NCBI GenBank assembly: GCA_965200245.1 | Contig: CBDATS010000015.1 | Span: forward strand, 64,001-128,000 | From: a bacterium | GTDB taxonomy: Bacteria; UBA8248 | DNA: 64,000 nucleotides | Reading direction: 5' to 3' | In this document: positions 20,221 to 31,006 of the stretch, in pieces | Position numbering within the stretch: the stretch's first letter is position 1 | Layout: every line of letters starts with the position of its first letter | Position numbers and translations under genes: made by a program | The notes under the pieces: model-generated | Database searches by the model: none | What the model saw: only the letters and a program-made list of their open reading frames with translations | What the model was told of the DNA's origin: nothing

Positions 20221-20506
20221 GTGTCTCCTTGGGTATTGTGCGTGATAGAGCGTTTCACGTTACAGAGGCAACGACTGTACTCACAAGAGGTTTTTTGCCA
20301 GGTGATTGCGGGAGAAGCACAAGGCATTTTGAATATGCATCCCGATGCCCTGAGTGCCTTGACGCTCCAGTTCCCGGCTCTTAGATTATGGTCTCTTTTT
20401 CAGCGGTTTCCCCCAAGAAGCCGATTTGTTTTCGGGTGGCGGGTGTTTTCGAGCCATGTGAATCGTTTTTGACGGCGCGGCAGAGGCCGCGAATCCTGGA
20501 GGGCCA

Positions 20507-21550
20507 ATGGCCATGAGCGGAGTGAATGAAGAACAGTTGTTGAAAGACCTGAAAATTTACTATGACGCCGACGCGGACCTGAATCTGTTGCAGAACAGGA
20601 AAATCGCCGTCATTGGCTACGGAAGTCAGGGGCGCGCCCATGCGCTGAATGCGCAGGACAGCGGTGCGGACGTCGTTGTAGGTTTGAGGAAATCCTCTCC
20701 CCGCTGGAAACAGGCCGAAGAGGACGGTCTCGAGGTGATGGAGACGGCCGAGGCGGCCGAGGCGGGAGACATTGTGGTCATTCTCACCCAGGACCATCTC
20801 CAGCCTGCCATCTGGAAAGCGGATATCGAGCCCAATATGAAAGACGGCGATGCACTGGTGGTCGCCCACGGCTTCAACCTCAATTACGGACAGATTATTC
20901 CTCCGGACAATATCGACGTTGTGATGATCGCGCCGAAAAGCCCGGGCCATACCATGCGGTTTCAGTACGAAGACGGGCGCGGCGTGCCGGGTTTGGTGGC
21001 TGTCTTCCAGGACGCCACGGGCAAGGCGAAGGAATATGCGCTGGCTTATGGTAAGGCGGTGGGCTGCGCCCGCGCCGGCATCATCGAAACGACCATCGAG
21101 GAGGAGACCGAGACGGACCTCTTCGGCGAGCAGGCTGTGTTGTGCGGCGGTATCACCGAGTTGATCCGCGTCGCGTTCGAAACGCTTGTAGAGGCGGGCT
21201 ATCAACCTGCGCTGGCGTATTTTGAGTGCCTCCACGAGGTGAAACTGATTACGGATCTCATCTATCAGGGCGGCATCACCATGATGCGCTATTCGGTCTC
21301 GGACACCGCCGAGTATGGTGACATCACGCGGGGCAAGGTCGTCATCGACGAGGCAACGCGCGAGCGTATGCGCGGTATCCTGCGAGACATCCAGACGGGA
21401 AGATTCGCCAGTGAATGGATCAACGAGAACATGGTGAACCGGCCCACGTTCAATACGGTGGTGCGCAAGGAGAAAGAACACGACATTGAGGTAGTCGGCC
21501 GCCGGCTGCGCGCAATGATGCCCTGGATTGAGGAACGCGAGGTGAAATAA
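20507..21550 (+). CDS. ilvC: Ketol-acid reductoisomerase
   Basis: [42 protein letters not shown]. Confidence 0.97.
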   Translation: MAMSGVNEEQLLKDLKIYYDADADLNLLQNRKIAVIGYGSQGRAHALNAQDSGADVVVGLRKSSPRWKQAEEDGLEVMETAEAAEAGDIVVILTQDHLQPAIWKADIEPNMKDGDALVVAHGFNLNYGQIIPPDNIDVVMIAPKSPGHTMRFQYEDGRGVPGLVAVFQDATGKAKEYALAYGKAVGCARAGIIETTIEEETETDLFGEQAVLCGGITELIRVAFETLVEAGYQPALAYFECLHEVKLITDLIYQGGITMMRYSVSDTAEYGDITRGKVVIDEATRERMRGILRDIQTGRFASEWINENMVNRPTFNTVVRKEKEHDIEVVGRRLRAMMPWIEEREVK

Positions 21551-23092
21551 AGACCCATCTCTTCATGGGCAGAGTGCCGATAGACGGTGAGGGTGTCACG
21601 TAATGCCGGGGCCCATATGAGGTCGGCCAGGTGAGCGCGGGTGTGCACAGGGCGAACCGTCTTCCAGACAATGCTTCGCGGAAGCCCGTGCGCAGGGCTG
21701 GCGCGTGACGGCGAAGGGCGGCCAGCGATCACGAAACGCCGAAACCGACATGCCGTCCCCTGTGCTCGTGAAGGCGCATGCCAGTGTGCTCGCCGCGCGC
21801 GGGCAAAGGAAGTCGCGTGGCGGAACTCGGCCGCGGGTTCAAGTGCCTCTGTTGGGAAAACGCGGGCATCGTGCGTGAGGAGGGTCTGCCCGGGTAAAAT
21901 GTGCTCTTGCCTCGTGCGAGAGAGGCGAGTTCGCGTGACTGGTCAAGGCGGACCGAGAGCCGGGGCGCGAACTACCGGGTGGATTGTCCGTAAGCCGATG
22001 ACCCGCGCGGCGGGTGAATATTTTTCTGAAAATCGCCGAGTGCTCAATTGTGACCCAGGAACACCCCATAGGAGCCTGTTTGTGGGGAAATCCCGGAAAA
22101 GTCGTTATTTTTCGAAAAGATGATTATACGTGCTCGCCATCAGAGCGTCCGCTGGATGCCATCTTGCCACAGCTTTGACTCCGTGGCGTTGTAGTCACAC
22201 GAAACATATTCAAAGACACAGAAATAAATCCGTCCTTCCGTCAATGATGCGACGAACCACGTCAACGAATGAGAACTACCTGTATTTCATAGAGTATACT
22301 TTCCCGTTACCTTTTCGTTTCCCGTGGAATTTCGCTATGTTTATGGTTCGGGATGCCAGGCTCGGACAAGCCGGGTTTTCGGCTTCCTGCCGCGCCCCTT
22401 ACAGGGCAAACATCGGCTCGTCATCGCCCCAATACCGCTGGCAGCACATTTGACAAGCATTAAAACTCATCACTCAACTACTGATTCCACAGGAACAGTC
22501 GGTACCAGGAGAACACCGACACTCGTATGAGAGTTGTGAGCATTCTTGACTGCGCCCCGACCACCGTCCACGGCCGTTCGATCAGAGTGACCGTTCCATG
22601 GCTTCGATACAGAAGGCCGTAGTCAATGATTCCGAGGCGAAGCCGCGACGCGGCCCCCCCTCGTCGTCGCGCAGCGCGACGACGGTACGCAACGCAGAGA
22701 TGTCCACATCTGTCATTGGCGTTTCGTCCGAGTCCTGTGCTGAACATTGTACACTGCGCCGCTGGGCGTAGACTTCGAAAACGTCGGTTGCGCCAGCACC
22801 GGCATGTGCCAGTGTCCCGAATCATAAATTCGCATCATGATGCTTTCTTTTTCTTGAGGCAGAACCTTTTGACATTCTGGATTATTTGATTGTCATCCTT
22901 GCCCCACTTGAAAGGTTTCGGAGCATTATTGTGCTTTTCATAAGGTGCGATTATCAATTCGTCCCCTGGTGTGACACTGGTGGCCGATTCTGAAACGAAA
23001 CGACACCGAGGGGAACGAAAACCATGGTGACACGATGAATCCGCGCCTCAGCGAGTCTCCGAGAGAAGACGGGCGTTCCGGTGGAATCGCGC

Positions 23093-23956
23093 CTATTGCC
23101 GCAGGCCGCCGAATACCCCGGAGATACCAGATCGCTCGAAAATGCCGGCAACCTCTTCTTGCGCCGGGCCGAAGAACTGGCCCGTGATCGTATCGTCCTC
23201 GGCGACGCGGCGGGCGAAGCCGCCCTCCATGACCGGCAGATCGCTCCACGCTATGTCATCATAGCTGCGCTGCGTGTGGCTACCGGTGAGATTCATGAAG
23301 ACGATGTTGGCCCGCAGGGTTTGCGGCGAACCAAGCTCGACGAAGACGTTCGCTTCTCCCTCGACGACCGCCTCGATGTCTTGCGTCACGCTATCGTCCC
23401 GACCCACGACGAAGCCTTGCCACGAAGCGCCGCCCGCTGGCACGGTCGGATTCTCTACCGTGGTGAACCCGAAAATATCGGTATGGACCCTGACGGCTCC
23501 CCGTCTCGGATCGGCTTCCCTCGTCAAGCGATCGACTTGTGAAACAAACAGACTGTGTTCCATCCATCCGCCGAGCACATGGACATCTGTGTCGTCTCCG
23601 CCGAAGCGCTCCACCACCTTGCGAACGCCGTTTGGCCCCGAAAGCACCTCCAATTCCACATCTTCAAGGTTGAAATCCTTCGAAGTATAAGCTTTCGTAA
23701 AGTCGTAGTAGCAAGTATTCTCATGACACTCATATCCCCGGAGACGCTGGGGTGTCGTCTCTCCCGCAGCGTATCCCAAAAGATCACCGCTGATCAGGAA
23801 ATTGGCTTGATCGGTAATCCGAGCGTAGTCGGTACGCGCGGTTTCCTCGGGCGTTGGCGATGTCTGTTCCGCGGACCTGCCGCCCCCGCTTCAAAGAGAG
23901 CATGCCGCCAACGTCAGGCACGCGAGTGCCAATCCCATCGCTTGTAAAATCTTCAT
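23093..23956 (-). pseudogene. Surface lipoprotein with TbpB-like C-terminal barrel, interrupted by an in-frame TGA
   Basis: ATG 23956 MKILQAMGLALACLTLAAC (lipobox), TGA at codon 22 (23891-23893), then the same frame continues to ITGQFFGPAQEEVAGIF...GVFGG. Confidence 0.75.
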
Positions 23957-24159
23957 GTCAATTGCCCCCAATGAAAGATATCCTTGCCTTTGTTCTTTGC
24001 TGTTTTTCTTTCTTGATACTTTGAATCCGCCATGCATAGCTCACCATTATCTTTTCATATTTCTGGTGTATATCCTAATTTTTTTTCGGATTTGGTTGAA
24101 AGAAGTCAAAGGGCGTCGTATCCTTTGAAACGATGTTTTGGGCCGCCGAGAGGTAGTGG

Positions 24160-24636
24160 ATGAACGTTCAGAAAATCAAATTTCTTATCGCGGGTATTGT
24201 GATTCTAAGTGCATTCGCCTATTTGGCTGTCTCGGGATTTCAAAGTGAGAATCTGGTGTATTTCCTCACGGTGGATGAGGTAGCCGAGAAAGCGCCGGCC
24301 CTGCGTAGTCGTGGAATAAGGGTGCAGGGAAAGATTGTGCCCAGGACGCTTCGGAAAAATCCCGACGCCATGCAACTCGCCTTCCATATCCAGGGCGAAA
24401 AGGGAACATTGCCCGTGAGTTACAAAGGTGTTCCCCCTGATTTGCTCGAAAACGGATTTCCTGTTATTGCCGAAGGGAAACTTGACGGCAAGGGGGTTTT
24501 GGTGGCGAAGAATCTGATGGTCGCGTGCCCCTCGAAATTCGAGGAAATGAAAGAGGCGGGGGAAAGCATACCAACGAATCACGAGGCTTTGATGAAAGAA
24601 GCCGAGAAGCGAAAGCTGACGACAGAAGCCAGATAG
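24160..24636 (+). CDS. ccmE: Cytochrome c maturation heme chaperone CcmE (Cys-type)
   Basis: VYFLTVDE, IRVQG, V.YKGVPPDL, VIAEG, ACPSKF. Confidence 0.9.
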   Translation: MNVQKIKFLIAGIVILSAFAYLAVSGFQSENLVYFLTVDEVAEKAPALRSRGIRVQGKIVPRTLRKNPDAMQLAFHIQGEKGTLPVSYKGVPPDLLENGFPVIAEGKLDGKGVLVAKNLMVACPSKFEEMKEAGESIPTNHEALMKEAEKRKLTTEAR

Positions 24637-24709
24637 CTCGACTGCCAACAACACGACCCTAGTCTCTCGTGCAAGTTTGAAAATCCGATCCACCCCCGGG
24701 AGTTTTCCG

Positions 24710-26674
24710 TTGCTCGCCATTCAGTTCGGACACTACAGCTTGCTGGCTTCGCTCGTTCTGGCGGTGTTCGGGATCGCGGCGTCCATATTTGGGGCTCAAA
24801 GACGCAGGGCCGACCTCATCGCTTCGGGCCGTAACGCCGCCGTCGGTGTGTACTGGCTGGTGAGCGGTGCGAGCGCGTGCCTTGTCTACCTGCTTATGGT
24901 GCGTGACTACCGGGTGGAATATGTGGCCGGACACGTCAACAACACCCTGAACGGGTTTTATCGCTTCAGCGCGTTTTGGGGTGGGCAGGAGGGTAGTCTG
25001 CTGCTTTGGCTTCTGCTCCTTTGCGTCTATGCGTTCGTCGTCATCCGCCAGAACCGCGACAGAAACCTGGAACTGATGCCTTACGTGACGGCCACTCTCA
25101 TGGCGACGGCACTTTTTTTCCTGGTGATTCTCAATTTCGTCACTCCGCCTTTCGATACGCTTGCTACCCCTCCCGCGGACGGACGTGGCCTGAACCCGCT
25201 ATTGCAGGACTGGGGGATGGTAATCCATCCGCCCAATCTGTATCTGGGCTACGTGGGTTTCGCCGTGCCCTTCGCGTTTTGCATCGGCGCCTTGGCGAGC
25301 GGGAAGCTTGATACCGACTGGATTACCTCGACGCGCCGCTGGACGTTGTTCGCCTGGTTTTTCAACGGGGTGGGCATTCTGCTCGGCGGCGCGTGGGCCT
25401 ACAAGGAGTTGGGTTGGGGTGGATACTGGGCGTGGGACCCGGTGGAGAATGCGAGCCTGATGCCCTGGCTCGTGGGAACCGCCTTCCTTCATTCGGTGAT
25501 GATCCAGGAGAAGCGAGGAATGCTCAAGGTCTGGAACGTCTCGCTTATCATCATCACCTACGCCCTCACAATATTCGGCACTTTCCTGACGAGAAGCGGT
25601 ATTATTTCAAGCGTGCACGCCTTTGCGAACTCGTCGTTCGGCTGGGCGTTTCTGGTCTATCTCCTGGTGGCACTCGTTATCGCCTTCGGGCTGATGATAT
25701 GGCGCTTGCCCCGGCTTCAAAGTGAACACGAGATGGAAAGTTTCTTCTCTCGCGAGGCGAGTTTTCTCCTCAATAACGTCGTGCTCGTGGGCATTACGTT
25801 CGCTGTCTTCTGGGGAACGATTTTCCCGGTCGTCTCCGAAGCGGTGAAGGGGATCAAGGTCACCGTCGGGCCGCCGTTCTTCAATCAGGTGAACGTGCCG
25901 ATTGGTCTTTTGCTCATATTGCTTTGCGGTGCGGGTCCGCTTTTCGCATGGCGCAGGACATCGCGAAAACAGATGAACAAAAGCTTCGTCTACCCTTCGG
26001 TGGTGGCGGTGGGAGCTCTTCTCGTTCTGGTGCTCTTCGGCGTCCGCCACGTATATGCAGTGCTCACGTTCGGTCTGTGCGCGTTTGTTGCGGGAACGAT
26101 TGTTCTTGAGTATTGGCGGGGAATCACCTCGCGCGTGCGCCACCAGGGAGAGCGTTTCACCCTGGCCGCGTGGGAACTCACCATGCGGAACAAAAGGCGT
26201 TTCGGGGGTTACATCGTCCATCTCGGGATGGCGATACTGTTTGTGGGCGTGGCGGCGTCTTCCGCCTACCAGGAAGTGGGTGAAGTGCGTCTTCGTCTGG
26301 GTGAGAGTTTCGCGCTCGACGGCGTGCGGATGCGCTTTGAGGGGATTCGCGAAAGTACGACCCCGCAATACAGCTCCGCTTTCGCGCGACTGGGCGTTTA
26401 CCGGGCGGGGTATCGCATCGGAGAGGTGGAACCCGAAAAAAGGCTCTATTTCACACCGCCGCAACCGACGACGGAACCCGGCATCCGCCGGGGTGCGCGG
26501 TCGGACATCTACGCCGTCTTCGCCGAGGCGGACCCAGACGGCGCGGCCACGTTCAAGTTCATGGTAAATCCGCTCGTGAACTGGGTTTGGGCAGGAGGTG
26601 TGGTCTTTGCGCTCGGATCCATTGTTTGCTTCCTGCCTGAACGCTGGGGCAGGCGCAGGAAGAGGCGAACTTGA
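24710..26674 (+). CDS. ccmF: Heme lyase CcmF
   Basis: WGGQEGSLL, GLNPLLQ, HPP, WGGYWAWDPVEN, SVHAF; probable TTG start. Confidence 0.96.
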   Translation: MLAIQFGHYSLLASLVLAVFGIAASIFGAQRRRADLIASGRNAAVGVYWLVSGASACLVYLLMVRDYRVEYVAGHVNNTLNGFYRFSAFWGGQEGSLLLWLLLLCVYAFVVIRQNRDRNLELMPYVTATLMATALFFLVILNFVTPPFDTLATPPADGRGLNPLLQDWGMVIHPPNLYLGYVGFAVPFAFCIGALASGKLDTDWITSTRRWTLFAWFFNGVGILLGGAWAYKELGWGGYWAWDPVENASLMPWLVGTAFLHSVMIQEKRGMLKVWNVSLIIITYALTIFGTFLTRSGIISSVHAFANSSFGWAFLVYLLVALVIAFGLMIWRLPRLQSEHEMESFFSREASFLLNNVVLVGITFAVFWGTIFPVVSEAVKGIKVTVGPPFFNQVNVPIGLLLILLCGAGPLFAWRRTSRKQMNKSFVYPSVVAVGALLVLVLFGVRHVYAVLTFGLCAFVAGTIVLEYWRGITSRVRHQGERFTLAAWELTMRNKRRFGGYIVHLGMAILFVGVAASSAYQEVGEVRLRLGESFALDGVRMRFEGIRESTTPQYSSAFARLGVYRAGYRIGEVEPEKRLYFTPPQPTTEPGIRRGARSDIYAVFAEADPDGAATFKFMVNPLVNWVWAGGVVFALGSIVCFLPERWGRRRKRRT

Positions 26675-27280
26675 ATGACGGAGATTCTGGGCGCCCTAAT
26701 CACATCGGGAGCCGTAGGTGTTGCTTTTTTCTACACGATCCTGCCCCTCATGCGACCGGAGACTGCGAAAGGTGTGTTGCCCCATGAAGAAAACGCACAA
26801 CCGCTTTCGAATCGCGAGTTGACGCGTTTGTTGATGGAGCGTGAGCAGGCTTACAAGAACATCCTGGACATTGAGTTTGACAGGGAGATGGGCAAACTCT
26901 CCGATGAAGATTATGCTCAGATGATTGCGTCCGCCCGCGCCCGGGCGGTGGAGGTGCTGAGACACCTCGAAGCCAGAGGGGTGAAGGAGGGTATGGCGCC
27001 TGTCCAGATGACCGAGCGAGAGGCGGCCGAGGCAGTGGCCCGGATCGACACGGCCAGTTCCGCATCCTCGAAAGTCGTAACCGGGAAATCACTCGATGAA
27101 CGGTTGGAGGATGAGGTTCTGCGCTACAGGAAAGTCGTGGGCGAATCGCAGGACGAATTCCCCGATTCGTCATCGGGTGGACAGGTGAAAAATGTGAAGC
27201 CCCGGTTTTGCGCCTCATGCGGAAACACCGTGGAAAAAGCGGATAATTTCTGCTCTGCCTGTGGGCGAAAGCTAAATTGA
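26675..27280 (+). CDS. Membrane-anchored protein with CcmI-like N-terminus and C-terminal zinc ribbon
   Basis: TM helix, ILDIEFDREMGKLSDEDY, FCASCG...NFCSACG; lies within the ccm operon. Confidence 0.7.
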   Translation: MTEILGALITSGAVGVAFFYTILPLMRPETAKGVLPHEENAQPLSNRELTRLLMEREQAYKNILDIEFDREMGKLSDEDYAQMIASARARAVEVLRHLEARGVKEGMAPVQMTEREAAEAVARIDTASSASSKVVTGKSLDERLEDEVLRYRKVVGESQDEFPDSSSGGQVKNVKPRFCASCGNTVEKADNFCSACGRKLN

Positions 27281-28179
27281 AGCGCATCCCTGCCGTAAGC
27301 AGACTGATCGCCTTGGGCTTGTTTCTGAAATGTTCTTTGATCGCCCCGTCATATGCGGCTCCTGCGAAGCTGCAGGCTGCTCCTCCCAAGACGAAAACCG
27401 CAGTCACGGGTCCCACGACGACGGATCTCTCCCGGCTCAAGCTAAGGCGCAACATCCTTGCCATCCGACTTGAGAAGGGGTTTTTCGAGATGGTGGAGAT
27501 GATGGATTTCGAAAACGAGGGAAGTGCCACCATCGTATCCAGGGGAGGCGCTCCTACGCTGCGGTTCGTCTTGCCGAGAAGCAGCAATGTCAGAAACCCC
27601 AGGGCACGGTGGGGAGCGGCGCCTGCAGGAGTGGATCCCAAATTTCTCACTTCAATCGGGGATGAAATTCAGACGAGCGAGCCTATCCCACCAGGCCGAA
27701 AGTTCATTGTCCTGCTATATCGCCTGGAAGATGAATTCGGCGGCATCAGGGTGGAGAAGCCCATGCTCTACGACACACCGAGTTTGACCGTCCTGCCGGA
27801 GAAGGACCGCGTACAGGCTCAGGCTATCGGTCTTGCTGCACAACCCGCAGTCGAATTTCAGAACCGTGAATACAACCGTTTCGTGGGCACCGCCAGCGCA
27901 GGTACGGTGGTGCAGATCGACATGCAGGCGCCCGATTCGATGGGCGGCCTGGGCGTTTTTTACGTCGTGGGTAGCGTTGTCGTCGTGCTGAGTCTGGGGC
28001 TTGGGTTGTACATCCGGAAAAAGAGGAACACGGCCTATTCGGTCCAGGTGGAGCGCGAAGAGATATTGCGCGTCATCGCCCTGCTGGACGACAGGCTCGA
28101 GGCGGGAGAAATGTCCTCGGAGGAGCACGCCCGCGAACGCGCCCCGCGTTTTGAACGCCTGAAAGAACTCTCGGAATAA
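27277..28179 (+). CDS. Hypothetical exported/membrane protein in the ccm operon
   Basis: Signal peptide, beta-rich domain, C-terminal TM plus IALLDDRLEAGEMS; overlaps upstream stop. Confidence 0.7.
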   Translation: MKRIPAVSRLIALGLFLKCSLIAPSYAAPAKLQAAPPKTKTAVTGPTTTDLSRLKLRRNILAIRLEKGFFEMVEMMDFENEGSATIVSRGGAPTLRFVLPRSSNVRNPRARWGAAPAGVDPKFLTSIGDEIQTSEPIPPGRKFIVLLYRLEDEFGGIRVEKPMLYDTPSLTVLPEKDRVQAQAIGLAAQPAVEFQNREYNRFVGTASAGTVVQIDMQAPDSMGGLGVFYVVGSVVVVLSLGLGLYIRKKRNTAYSVQVEREEILRVIALLDDRLEAGEMSSEEHARERAPRFERLKELSE

Positions 28180-28192
28180 GAGGTCGGATGCC

Positions 28193-28894
28193 ATGCTGGA
28201 GGCTCTGGGCGTATCCAGGCGATACGGATGGAGATGGGCGCTCAGGGATTTGGACCTCACTCTCTTCCCGGGAGAGACGGTCGCTCTTTTGGGCAAAAAC
28301 GGATCCGGTAAGACCACTCTCATCAAGACACTGGCTGGCTTGCTGAGGCCTACTAAAGGAGAGGTGCGCATGGCCGGCAAGCCGATCTCGCGTGTGGCGA
28401 AAAAGAGAATCGGCCTGCTCTCACACGAACCCATGCTCTATGAGGGGCTGACGATACGTGAAAACCTCAGGTACTTCGCCAGACTTTATGGCGTGGAGAA
28501 TGCAGATATATCGGGTCGCGTGGAGTCTTTGGCGAAAATGCTCGGCATCCCGGAGCGCCTTGATGAGCCCGTGCGTATCCTGAGCCAGGGCCTCAGGCAA
28601 CGCGCGGCTCTTGCGCGAGCGCTTTTGCACGAACCCGAAATCGTGCTGCTAGATGAACCTTTCTCCGGTCTCGACCCCGAGGCGGCCGAACGTCTCGGGA
28701 ATGTAGTCCGCGCGCTTGGTGAAAGAGGGGAGCGCATCGTGGTGTTCACGACGCACGACCTCTCAAAAGCCTTCGGGATAGGTGATAGAATCGTTGTTTT
28801 GGCCGAGGGCAGGATCGCATATGCAGAAAATGCCGCGAATTCACGGGAAGAGGAAATTATGGCCGCATTCGATGCATCCCCTGGAGATGCATGA
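28193..28894 (+). CDS. ccmA: Heme exporter ATPase CcmA
   Basis: GKNGSGKTT, LSQGLRQR, LLDEPF; upstream of ccmB. Confidence 0.88.
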   Translation: MLEALGVSRRYGWRWALRDLDLTLFPGETVALLGKNGSGKTTLIKTLAGLLRPTKGEVRMAGKPISRVAKKRIGLLSHEPMLYEGLTIRENLRYFARLYGVENADISGRVESLAKMLGIPERLDEPVRILSQGLRQRAALARALLHEPEIVLLDEPFSGLDPEAAERLGNVVRALGERGERIVVFTTHDLSKAFGIGDRIVVLAEGRIAYAENAANSREEEIMAAFDASPGDA

Positions 28895-29577
28895 TGAGGC
28901 GATTTTTCTCCGTCTTCCTTGCGGTGGTGGAAAAGGATATGCGCCTGGAATGGCGGACGAGGGAGAGCCTCCTCATAATGGTGGTTTTCGCGCTGCTCGT
29001 ACTCACGCTTTTCAGCTTTGCCTTCGGTCCTGGAGGGGGAAGCGGGGAGGACGCCCCCGCCTTGCAAGCTGGAATCTTGTGGATATCGTTCCTTTTCGCC
29101 AGTGTCATCGGGCTGTCACGTACCGTGAGCGTCGAGCGCGAGAGCGCGGGTTTTTCGGCCATGTATGCAAGCCCTGCCGATCCTTCCGCACTGTATCTGG
29201 GCAAAGTGACTTCGGCGGCCGTTTTGATGGGGATCATGGAGTTGTTCGGTTTCGCCGTCTTGGCCGTTCTCTACCAAGCGGACGTGTGGAAATCGGCAGG
29301 CGCGCTTGCGATCATCGCCGCTTGCGCAACCCTCGGAATCGCTGCCGCCGGCGCCCTTTTCTCCGCTATGAGCGCGCACACGCGCGAGGTATTGCTGCCC
29401 ATCTTGATGTTTCCCGTTCTCGTGCCCGTTTTAATCGCCGCCGTCAAGGGGACCGAAGCCCATCTCGGCGGAGGGGGATGGGCGGATTCGAGGGATTGGA
29501 TTCGATTGATGTTGGTGTATGATGTGGTATTCTTGGTGGCCGCCTCTATGGTTTATGAATACATATTAGAAGAATAA
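28891..29577 (+). CDS. ccmB: Heme exporter permease CcmB
   Basis: KDMRLEWR, GILWI, YLGK, REVLLPILMFP. Confidence 0.92.
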   Translation: MMRRFFSVFLAVVEKDMRLEWRTRESLLIMVVFALLVLTLFSFAFGPGGGSGEDAPALQAGILWISFLFASVIGLSRTVSVERESAGFSAMYASPADPSALYLGKVTSAAVLMGIMELFGFAVLAVLYQADVWKSAGALAIIAACATLGIAAAGALFSAMSAHTREVLLPILMFPVLVPVLIAAVKGTEAHLGGGGWADSRDWIRLMLVYDVVFLVAASMVYEYILEE

Positions 29578-29660
29578 TGTCAGTAGTTTATGATGATATA
29601 TCTGTTAAATCACTTTATATCCGAAAGCCGCCGTTTCCGCCTCACTGGAAGGAATGTCTG

Positions 29661-30356
29661 ATGGATCGAAAAGAACGGGGCGTGTTCGGCTGGCTGCCGG
29701 TTTTCACCCTGATTGTTCTCGCTTTCGCCATATATGCGGATTTGTTTATTGCAGGGACCGACAGGCTCCAGGGTACGCCTCAGCGAATTTTCTATATCCA
29801 TGTGCCGTCGGCCTGGGTAGCGTTTTTCGCCTTTTTTCTTGTGTTCATCTTCTCGATCAAGTATCTCGTCACGCGAAACCACGACGATGACATCCGGGCG
29901 CATGCCTGCGCGGAGGCGGGGGTCGTCTTTTGCACGTTGGTGCTGATCACGGGGCCCATCTGGGCACGACCGGTTTGGGGCATATGGTGGACATGGGACG
30001 CAAGGCTAACCACCACGCTCATCCTGTGGATGATATACGTGGGATATCTCATGTTGCGTGCCTACATGACGGAACCTGAACAAAGGGCGCGCTTTGCCGC
30101 CGTAATGGGAATCGTCGGTTTTTTGAACGTGCCCATCGTCCACATGTCGGTTGAATGGTGGCGCACGTTACATCCCAAGCCTGTGGTGATGCGCTCGGGC
30201 GGATTGCGGGACTTGCCCGACTCCATGCACATCGCCTTGTGGAGTTCCTTGCTCGCCTTTACGCTCCTTTTCGTTTGCTTCGCCAGAAAGCGCGCGCAAA
30301 TCGAGCTTCTGAAGTCGCGGGTGGAAGAGGCGCGCGCCATACAGGAGGGAACATGA
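29661..30356 (+). CDS. ccmC: Heme exporter CcmC
   Basis: RIFYIHVP, TGPIWARPVWGIWWTWDARLT, WWRTLHP; start at ATG 29661. Confidence 0.95.
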   Translation: MDRKERGVFGWLPVFTLIVLAFAIYADLFIAGTDRLQGTPQRIFYIHVPSAWVAFFAFFLVFIFSIKYLVTRNHDDDIRAHACAEAGVVFCTLVLITGPIWARPVWGIWWTWDARLTTTLILWMIYVGYLMLRAYMTEPEQRARFAAVMGIVGFLNVPIVHMSVEWWRTLHPKPVVMRSGGLRDLPDSMHIALWSSLLAFTLLFVCFARKRAQIELLKSRVEEARAIQEGT

Positions 30357-30487
30357 TGGGCTACGTTACGGCAGCGTACATCGTCGTTTTGGGCGGGTTT
30401 GCGATTTATTGGTGGACTCTCAAGGCGCGAATGGATAATTTGGTCGAGGAGGAGAAACAACAAAAGTCTCAGAGGGATTCCCCATGA
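30353..30487 (+). CDS. ccmD: CcmD-like small membrane protein
   Basis: 44 aa MMGYVTAAYIVV...Y, single TM, overlaps the ccmC stop, GGAGG RBS. Confidence 0.75.
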   Translation: MMGYVTAAYIVVLGGFAIYWWTLKARMDNLVEEEKQQKSQRDSP

Positions 30488-30972
30488 TGCGCTTTTGTCT
30501 CGCCTTGTGCCTGGTGCTTGCATTCTGCGCGCTTTCGGAGGCGAAGGTCGCCACGCCGGGAGCCAAGACGACTTTCTCCGAAGTGGCGGGGGAGCTCATG
30601 AGTCCCGTCTGCCCGGGAAAACTGCTCCACGATTGCCCGAGCAGCGAGGGCGCCCAACTCCGCGAACTCGTTCGCCGCAAGATATTCGCCGGGGAAACGA
30701 AAGAGCAAATCGTCCGGTATTTTGTCGAGGTATACGGCCGGGAAGTCCTTCCGAAACCACCGGCGCAAGGATTCTATCTCACTGCCTGGCTTCTTCCATT
30801 CGGGGGCGTGTTGGCGGGGTTCGGCGTGGTGTTCGTGCTTGTCAGAACCTGGACGAGACGTCCCGAAGAGGTCGAACAAAGCGAGGGGAACTCCGGAGTT
30901 GCGCCACACGCCACGACGGAAGATCTCCTGGAGAGTCGCCTCAGGCGCGAACTGGGGGATTTCGAAGGTTGA
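30484..30972 (+). CDS. ccmH: CcmH-like protein
   Basis: ELMSPVCPG...DCPS, I..YFVEVYG.EVLP.PP..G...AWLLP. Confidence 0.85.
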   Translation: MMRFCLALCLVLAFCALSEAKVATPGAKTTFSEVAGELMSPVCPGKLLHDCPSSEGAQLRELVRRKIFAGETKEQIVRYFVEVYGREVLPKPPAQGFYLTAWLLPFGGVLAGFGVVFVLVRTWTRRPEEVEQSEGNSGVAPHATTEDLLESRLRRELGDFEG

Positions 30973-31006
30973 GCCGCCACGTACTCCGCACGATGGGAGT
31001 CAGTAA

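Noticed and set aside
23891-23893. Selenocysteine readthrough of the in-frame TGA
   Set aside because: The position is a Gly/Ser linker rather than a catalytic Cys site, and no convincing SECIS was recognised
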